DNA from: Azolla caroliniana
Lineage: Eukaryota; Plantae; Polypodiophyta
DNA length: 18,049 nucleotides
Reading direction: 5' to 3'
Assembly: GCA_043228905.1 (NCBI GenBank)
Contig: JBHGNT010000670.1
Span: 1 to 18,049, forward strand
Part shown: positions 1 through 7,236 of the stretch, piece by piece
How the letters are laid out: each line of letters starts with the position of its first letter
How positions within the stretch are numbered: the first letter of the stretch is position 1
Made by a program: the position numbers and the translations under genes
The notes under the pieces: generated by a model
Database searches by the model: none
What the model saw: the letters and a program-made list of their open reading frames with translations, nothing else
What the model was told of the DNA's origin: nothing

Positions 1-2
1 AT

Positions 3-2148
3 GGCGTTGAAATTGAACCTTCTCGTATTGAAAAGGTTAAACTTTGGCCCATTCCTCGTAATATTCGTGAACTTAGATCATTCTTAGGGTTTGTTGGATT
101 TTTACGAAAATCAATTCGTAACTATTCCAAATTGACTACGCCATTAACTGACCTTTTAAAAGGTCATCCACGTAAGTCTGTCAAACCAATTTCATGGAAT
201 GAACAACTTGACAAATCATTTGAGACACTCAAGGAGCATGTGTGTCAGGCTCCCACTCTTCTATTACCAGACCCTTCTAAGCCTTTCTCAATTGAAACCG
301 ATGCTAGTGATTATGCTATTGGTGCCATTCTTTATCAAGGTGGTCACCCTATTGCTTTTGAAAGTAAGAAGCTTGATGTTGCTCAATCTCGGTATTCGGT
401 TCAAGAGAAAGAGTTGTTTGCGGTGATACACGCACTTAAAACATGGAGGCACTATCTCTATGGAAATAAATTTGTGGTTACAACAGACCATCAATCATTA
501 AAGTATTTTTGTGACCAACCCGATCTTGTTGGTCGTAAAGGCCGTTGGGCTGACCTTATGCAAGATTTTGATTTTTCCATACGATATCGCAAGGGTTCTA
601 TGAACACCGTTGCTGATGCTCTTAGTCGCATTAAAGAAGTTAACATGCTTCGCTTCACGGAAATAAAATCTGATCTTTTAGATCACCTTCGAGGGAAATA
701 CCTTGATGACAGTTATTTCTCAAAATACTGGACGAAAGCCGAATCTGGTTTAGATGCCGATACTAGCACCCTACCCTCGAAGGCGACCTTTCACATTACA
801 AACGGTTTGCTCTACCGTAGTGGAAAGGTCTGTGTTCCAGATTTACCAAATGTTAAACAGAAATTTTTTCATGAATGTCATGATGCACCATCTGCTAGTC
901 ATCCTGGAATACAACGCACACTCGTTCTCATCTCGTGTACTTTTTTCTGGCCTAAGATGCGCTCTGACGTGCATAAATACGTAACTCAATGCTTACAATG
1001 TCAGATTAATAAGTCGGAACGACTTAAAGCTGCTGGTCTTTTACATCCCTTAGATATTCCCAACAATAAATGGGAAAGTATCTCGATGGATTTTATTGTT
1101 AGTTTACCTCGTACACAGAGGAGTCATGATGCCATATGGGTTGTCGTTGACAAGCTAACAAAATTAGCTAGATTTATTCCTACAGAAACCACGGTAACCG
1201 CTCAACAGTTGGCTTATCAATTTGTTGATGAGTTATTTCGTTTTTATGGATTACCGATGGATATTGTTAGTGATCGAGATTCCAAGTTTACTAGTGACTT
1301 TTGGACTCAGGTCTTTAAGAAACTAGAAACTACGTTGAGCATGAGTTCCGCAGATCATCCTCAGTCTGATGGACAAACTGAACGAGTTAATCAAATTATT
1401 GAGGACATGCTTCGAGCTTATGTAGCAAAAACCCCTTCTAAGTGGGAGCAATACCTTCCTATCTTAGAATTTGCCTATAATAGCTCTAAACATACATCCA
1501 CTGGATATAGTCCTTTTATGTTGATGTATGGTTTTCAGCCACGTGCCCCAGTTGATGTCACGATTCATCGTGATACATTAGACAGTACACGCAATTTTTT
1601 GCAAGACATGAACCAAATGTTGCATATTGCCAACGAAAATGTCAAGACAGCTCAAGATCGTGCTCGATTTTATGCTGATCAGGATAGACGTCCTCGTGCA
1701 TTTACTATTGGTCAAAAAGTTTTTTTTGCGTGTCCCGACTGATTCTACGTCATTATCTACGGGCAAGTGCGCTAAGTTAGCCCCACGATATTGTGGCCCA
1801 TTTGAAATCCTTAAGCGAGTTGGGTCATCTGCTTATCACCTTGCCTTACCTCGTAACGTTGGTATTCATCCTGTTTTTCACATCAGTCGTCTAAAACCAT
1901 TTTTAGGCTCTGGTGATAACACCATCACAATCCAAGATCTTGTAACATTAGAGGATTTTTCTTACAAACATCATGTTCCTGAACGAATTCTTGATTCTCG
2001 TACTAAACGTTTACGTTCTAAAGAGATTCGGCTATTCAAGATCAAATGGATGGATAAACCTATTGATGATGCCACATGGGAATGCGAGCATTCGCTTAAG
2101 GCACAATTTCCTCACTTTATATTGCAAGAGTGCAATCTTTTGAAGTAG
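3..2148 (+). pseudogene. pol: Gypsy pol (RT C-terminus, RNase H, integrase, GPY/F, chromodomain), one frameshift
   Basis: Frame is open from base 3 (GVEIEPSRIEKVKLWPIPRN..LRSFLG). Motifs: RNase H ETDASDYAIGAIL and TDHQSL; integrase zinc finger H..HPG..CLQC, ISMDF, VSDRD, DGQTERVN. The second frame gives PRYCGPFEI, IHPVFHISRLK and chromodomain PERILDSR..KW..DATWE. Frames switch at a T8 run (1720-1727); T7 would restore GQKVFLRVP. Confidence 0.93.
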
Positions 2149-2155
2149 GGGAGTA
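2142..2155 (+). promoter_or_regulatory. Polypurine tract of the Gypsy element
   Basis: GAAGTAGGGGAGTA overlaps the pol stop codon and directly precedes the LTR TG. Confidence 0.85.
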
Positions 2156-2629
2156 TGTTATGTACACATAACGTTGGTGAGGGTAGGTCACTAATATTTA
2201 CATTAGTGAAGGGTATGTTCACTATTATTAAAAAGGGGACTAATGATTGGATAGAATGAATGATATGTGCATGCACTATCATGATTTAGACAACCAATGA
2301 ATAGAGAGCCTTTTAGAAAGGCACATCTATTCAAGGGGCCTAGGAAAAGGTATAAATATGAGGCTTAGCTACCCTCATAAGGATCATCACGTCGGAAGGC
2401 TGTTGTCGTAGACACCGGTGGTGCGGGCTAGGCTTTCGTCTCGACGATCGTGTTTATCTCTTCCAAGGTATTAGTCATCCTAATATCCGGCGGTATGGGA
2501 CGTCGGTGGTAGGTTGGCTATGTCTAGATCATAGCTCGGGGGTGGTCGGGTGGAACGGGTTCTTCTATCCAATCTATTTTCTTCCTTTTTACTTGATTTG
2601 GTCTATTGATTAGTAATAGACTCTTAACA
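2156..2629 (+). repeat. 3' LTR of the Gypsy element (~474 bp)
   Basis: Begins TGTTA after the PPT and ends TAACA exactly where Copia coding sequence resumes. TATAAAT at ~2352. Confidence 0.88.
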
Positions 2630-2905
2630 GGAGAGCTCGGTATACGGCAAGAGGAATACCGACTCTACTGCGACAGTCAAAGTGCCATCCACCTTGCTAA
2701 GAATGCGGCCTACCATTCCCGGACGAAGCATATCCAGCGGAGGTATCACTGGATCCGGGAAAGAGTAGATGACCAGGAGTTCGCACTGACGAAGATCCAC
2801 ACGGCTGAGAACGGGTCAGATATGCTGACCAAAGTGCTGATACCCAACAAGCTGGACGCATGCCGGAAGAGGATCGGACTGGTAAGACACCCCATGCCGG
2901 AGTGA
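2630..2905 (+). pseudogene. Copia family-A RNase H C-terminal fragment, interrupted by the Gypsy insertion
   Basis: GELGIRQEEYRLYCDSQSAIHLAKNAAYHSRTKHI...MPE*. About 12 differences in 276 nt from the reverse complement of 15733-16008. The ORF-track N-terminus (MISNRLLT) is Gypsy LTR sequence. Confidence 0.93.
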
Positions 2906-2915
2906 AGGGGGAGTT

Positions 2916-3686
2916 TGTTGAGAGACAGGTCCCTCCGGATGGGAAGGGAGAAGAAACCATATGAGGAGTACTCGGCTACGGAGAGCCGGATGGTGCAGGC
3001 CCGGTACGAACCGGATGAGGAGTACCCGGCTACAGAGAGCCTGATGGTGCAGGCCCGGTACGAACCAGATGAGGAGTACCCGACTACGGAGAGCCGGATG
3101 GTGCAGGCCCGGTACGAACCGGATGAGGAGTACCTGGCTACGGAGAGCCGGATGGTGCAGGCCCGGTACGAACCGAATGAGGAGTACCCGGCTACGGAGA
3201 GCCGGATGGTGCAGACCCGGTATGAACCGGAGGAAGAGACATATTCGTAAATATGTTTTTGAGAGCCCATCGTGGCTATATTTGTAAATAGCCGAAAAGT
3301 CATATTAGTATAAATATGACTTAGGGCAAACTTTTAGTTGTTGTTGTCATTTTTCTTGTTGGTGCAAGAAAAAGAGAGAGTGTGTAACTGTACAGAGAGA
3401 GAGAGAGAGACGAGGTCGTTGCCTCTGTTGTAACCGCCGCCTGTGGCGAAGATCGTGAGTCCGAGGTCGTTGCCTCCGTGTACTCACTGTTTTGTACATT
3501 CATATATAGTGAAAGTTTGCAACCTATGGGCTGCCGTGGTTTTTCCCCTAGTTTGGGGTTTTCCACGTTAACCTCCTGTGTACCATTTCTCTTCTTTGTG
3601 TCGTGTTCTACTTCCCGTTTTCTGTGTATGAAAAGAATCTTGGTTGTGGCCGAGCGTTGGACATAAGGAACGTTGGGTTTCCGACA
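2916..3686 (+). repeat. 3' LTR of Copia family A, copy 1 (end at 3686 or 3688)
   Basis: Follows PPT GAAGGGGGAG (2904-2913), starts TGTTG and ends CGACA(CA). Homologous to the reverse complement of 15032-15722. Confidence 0.9.
2961..3230 (+). repeat. Tandem array, 5 x 54 bp, in the LTR U3
   Basis: Unit ATGAGGAGTACCCGGCTACGGAGAGCCGGATGGTGCAGGCCCGGTACGAACCGG starts at 2961, 3015, 3069, 3123 and 3177. Confidence 0.95.
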
Positions 3687-4335
3687 CAAATGTCTTTTGG
3701 CGTATCGATTCTGATCCCTTCGGCACCAGATGGGCGTAATGAAGAATCAGTCTAATTGAGTCAGACGTTTAGGATGGTTTCGGATAATCAACATCGACAG
3801 TTTGAGGCTATGCTCCAGTTCTTCTGACCCCGGCTAATTCTTCCTTCTACTCTCGGATTTTGCCAACTCGAACAAAACTGAATTGTTCGATAACCTTGTA
3901 TAAATGTGCACTCCGTTTTGTTTATTACAAATTCTCTGTTATATACACCGATTACGGGGTCGTGTCGAATACAGGTCTCTAATGGACGTATTCACATTGT
4001 CCCATTGGACACACTAGGCTTAGGTTAATTTTGTAAATAGTGAAAAGGGCAGTTGCCCTAAGTCAGTTAGTATTTAAATTGACTTTTGTAACCTAATGTT
4101 ATTGTTGTTAATTTTTTGTTGTTGCCGCCATTTGTTTGTAACTCAGAGCTTGAATAATAAGGTTACATCTTGCTTGTGTTATCTTAGTTTCTCTTCTCTC
4201 ATTGTTACCTTGTTGATCGTGTATTATGATCTAGTTGCCTATTGCTCTAAATTTGCTTCTCCATCTATTCATCTGACGATCTTAATAACCATGAGTGTTC
4301 AGCTATTGTTCTGCAACTGACGGCCACTTACAACA
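3687..4335 (+). mobile_element. 3' end of a family-B-related Copia (pol tail, 3' UTR, LTR 3963-4335)
   Basis: 3687-3759 reads KCLLAYRF*SLRHQMGVMKNQSN*, matching KCLSVDRLRSLRHKMGVTKNRSG* at 11177-11248. The 3' UTR aligns with 11249-11447. The LTR starts TGTCGAATAC like 5240 and 11448 and ends TGACGGCC..CAACA. Confidence 0.88.
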
Positions 4336-4842
4336 AGTCAAACTATTAAATTACCACATCCTAGAGTGAAGGGGGAGTTTGTTGGGAAACAAGTTCCTCC
4401 GGATGGGACATGTAGGACAATTGGATCCGCACTAGGAGTCAGATTGTCCGATAGACATTCGATAGGGCATCCGAACTGATTTTGTCCTGGCTGCATAGAT
4501 GCTATATTTGTAAATATCCCATAATGTGTATAATTATAAATACGCTTAGGGTTGACATTAATGAGAGAGATATGTATAGAGTTGTAGTAGTTGTTAGACG
4601 TAGAGAGTTGTACAGTGTGGACTGAGTGTGAGCTTAGAGACTGAGTGTGTATGTGTAACTATCAGTATGACGAAGACAAGCTTGAGGCTATTGCCTATGA
4701 GGCTCCAATGGTTTTTCCAATCTCAAGGTTTCCATGTTATATCCGGTGTCTTTGTGTCTGTGCATTCTTGTTTTTCAACCGCTTTCAATTATTTTCTTTC
4801 TCATTCCTCTAGAACTAGTTGTGGCCGGTCCCATATTTAACA
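4336..4842 (+). mobile_element. 3' end of a diverged family-A-like Copia (last codons, PPT, LTR 4380-4842)
   Basis: GAGTGAAGGGGGAGTT-TGTTGGGAAACAAGTTCCTCCGGATGGGA matches the family-A stop/PPT/LTR start. It shares the GCTATATTTGTAAATA, TATAAAT..TTAGGG, TGGTTTTTCC and GTTGTGGCCG blocks, ends TTAACA and has no 54-bp array. Confidence 0.8.
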
Positions 4843-5044
4843 ATTAGGTAGATATATCTTAGAGTTAAGACAACATAGAGAGAATAAGCTACAAAATGTT
4901 AACAATAAGAAATTAAGAAAATAAGGGAATGTTAGCTACATTGCCCAAATGCCATGGTTGGGGTACCTATTAGGTAACTGGTCCCTCTGAATGGGAAGAG
5001 GAGCACGAGTTGAAGAAAAGAGAGAACTGAATCAATTCATAACA

Positions 5045-5239
5045 TCTTGGCCGAGGTTGAAAAATCAAATTGATTGTCCCATTCGGTCGTTGCCGAAAAT
5101 TGAATCTGAATCGATTCGGCTAATAGCCGACTCGGGGCTATATCTGTTAATAGCCCTGAATGTTGTATTAGTATCAATACATCTAGGGCAATCATTATGA
5201 TCACAATATAGTTGTTGAAAAGTTATAGTTGGTAGTTGT
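5045..5239 (+). repeat. Copia-type LTR fragment (probable host of the central element; probably continues at 11774-11829)
   Basis: GGGCTATATCTGTTAATAGCCC..TATTAGTATCAATACATCTAGGGCAA resembles the family-A promoter block at 3274-3329. Boundaries are uncertain. Confidence 0.55.
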
Positions 5240-5432
5240 TGTCGAATACGAGTGTATAATGGCCGCATTCACATTATCCCTTTGGATAGCCCAAGTTTGG
5301 GCTATTTCTGTAAATAGCATAAAGGGCAGTTGGCCTAGGACAGTCACTATATAAAGTGACTTTGTAACCTTTAGAAAAGGTTGGTTGTCATTCTTTGTAA
5401 CTGTTGCTATTGGAATATAACATTGGTTTGTG

Positions 5433-5471
<39 letters not shown>

Positions 5472-5559
5472 ATGTCTATCTTGTTTTATGCGCATACATA
5501 GGTTCTTCTTCATCACGAATGTTGCTTGCACTTCTGCATTGACGGCCTTGTCCCCAACA
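5240..5559 (+). repeat. 5' LTR of family-B Copia (320 bp), with a (CT)n tract at ~5434-5470
   Basis: TGTCG...CAACA. About 17 substitutions versus the 3' LTR outside the microsatellite. Confidence 0.95.
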
Positions 5560-5561
5560 TT

Positions 5562-5573
5562 TGGTATTAGAGC
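5562..5573 (+). promoter_or_regulatory. Primer-binding site (initiator tRNA-Met type, one mismatch)
   Basis: TGGTATTAGAGC versus canonical TGGTATCAGAGC, 2 nt after the LTR end. Confidence 0.9.
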
Positions 5574-5594
5574 GTTGGAGGTTCTTCAACCCGC

Positions 5595-6582
5595 TGTCGT
5601 GAAGATCCGTCACTACGCGCGGATCGTGAGGCGGAACCGCCGGGGTTCTGGACCGGAAGGATTTAGAGTCGATACAAGCTTTGGCGAGAAAGTACTTAAG
5701 ATAGATTGGGAAAGAGAGAAGTTGAGATTACACAATTGATTTGATAACGAATTTCTTCCTCTTAATTTTCATAAAAAAAAACCGTGTTTTTCTCCTCCCC
5801 CTTCCCTCTTTTATAGATGCTCTCATGCATATGATGCATGTGAGGGTACAAGACATGCGTAAATTGCATGTTTACCATTTGGCGCTTAAGTATTACATGT
5901 GGTGCATGCTAACCATGTCACTCATTTTAGCACTCATGGATGAGAATTTTACATGTAAAAGTACAATGATAGAAATATAATTTCAACTAAATACTATGGC
6001 TTAATGGTAAGCCATTTGACTCCTAACTTGGAGGTGCAAGGTTTGAATCCATACTTGCCCTCCTTGTATATGTATATATTTTTATATATTTATTTTATCT
6101 AGTCGCCGGTTCGCCGGATGCCGTCGCCGGATACCGGTGCCGCCGCCGGATGCCGACGCCGGATTGCCGTCGGATGCCGTCGGATCACCGGCTCCATCGC
6201 CGGTCCGGTTTTGGTTGGCCAAAACCCTTTTCAAGTAGCTAGCCACCTCCACTCTAAGTTCAAGCTACCTTGAACTCTCTATGCTCCACACATAGACACA
6301 AAGATAATATCTTTTGCTCCACCTTATATATGATGAGAGCCGTATTTGTCGTGCCTATGTGGGATATCTCACAATTTTCTCTTTTCTTTTCACAAACTTT
6401 ATACCCTCATATCTTGACATTTAGTTGTCCATTTCTCGTGTAATAAAGTGCATTCGAAACCTCCATCATTTTCTACTTAGATATTAAAAATCTTATCTTC
6501 ACAATTATTGTATTACATGATTCATACTCGATTTTGTACGTTTTATGGGATTTTCACACTATTGCCGAAAATCTTCACGACA
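5595..6582. mobile_element. 988-bp non-coding insertion with 12-bp terminal inverted repeats and a 4-bp TSD (solo LTR, probably minus strand, or non-autonomous DNA transposon)
   Basis: CCGC|TGTCGTGAAGAT (5595-5606) ... ATCTTCACGACA (6571-6582)|CCGC. A minus-strand CTATAAAAG lies at ~5808-5816. Confidence 0.8.
5990..6062 (+). other. Degenerate tRNA-like / Pol III type-2 promoter module
   Basis: A-box TGGCTTAATGG (5997-6007) with D-stem GGCTT/AAGCC; anticodon-loop-like CTCCTAA; B-box GGTTTGAATCC (6040-6050) at tRNA spacing; T5 run at 6079-6083. Acceptor, anticodon and T stems pair poorly. Confidence 0.55.
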
Positions 6583-7236
6583 CCGCTGTCGGCCGTCATA
6601 GTACACCACACAACATTCCGTTTTCATTTTCTTTGAAGAACAGAGAAGGGAGAAGAAAAACAAAAAGCTCACATCTCACTGTGTTAAATCATAAAATTGG
6701 AGTAAGCTAGTTGGTTGTACTCTGTTCTTGTGATTGTAACCGCTTGAGGGGAGCTCCTTGAGCAACAACCAACCCAATCGTGCTTCATTTGGTTAAACAA
6801 CATCCGAATAGGTCACCGGACGTTATTCACCCGCTTGCTGTAACCACCCACTGTAGATTGGTCTCTAGGCAACAACCAAATTCATGCTTCACTAGGCTGA
6901 TTGACATTCAGGAGGATCAGTTGGATCCGTCCCTCTCATCGATGCAATCGTCTGAAGCAGAATCGGCCCAAACAATCGGTTTCTTGTAATCGGTATTTGG
7001 CATACCATCGGAAGTTAACCGGGCTCATTCCAACTCAACAACATTCGGGAAGACCAGTCAGTTTTGTCCCTCAAGTTACCGAAGTCACTCCGAGCAAGTT
7101 CAACAACAAGTATCCGAAACCAAACCGACTCGGGTTCAAAACCGACTAGAACGATATCGGGTGAGCCAACCGGTTGCACCCCATTAAGGTTCGTAGTCAA
7201 CTCCGAACCGAGTCTTACCTACCGAAACCAAAGCAA

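Larger units (their letters stand above)
1..2629 (+). mobile_element. 3' part of a Ty3/Gypsy chromovirus-type LTR retrotransposon (5' end outside window)
   Basis: RT-connection, RNase H, integrase and chromodomain occur in Gypsy order, followed by a PPT and a TGTTA...TAACA LTR. Copia RNase H sequence resumes immediately at 2630. Confidence 0.95.

Noticed and set aside
2961-3230. CRISPR-like array or repeat-protein gene (ORFs 2915-3250, 2746-3303, 15450-15941)
   Set aside because: Units are contiguous with no unique spacers and no cas genes are present. The ORFs arise because a GC-rich 54-bp unit is a multiple of three and lies within an LTR.
2916-4842. LTRs at 2916 and 4380 as the two ends of one small element (TRIM)
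   Set aside because: Both are preceded by a pol stop and PPT (both are 3' LTRs), they are highly diverged, and there is no PBS after the first.
5404-5980. ORFs 5404-5739 and 5741-5980 (also 11603-11794, 13195-13425, 3321-3689)
   Set aside because: They translate LTR microsatellites or low-complexity sequence, and several cross element junctions.
5990-6062. Functional tRNA-Arg(CCU) gene
   Set aside because: Acceptor, anticodon and T stems do not pair; kept only as a tRNA-like module.
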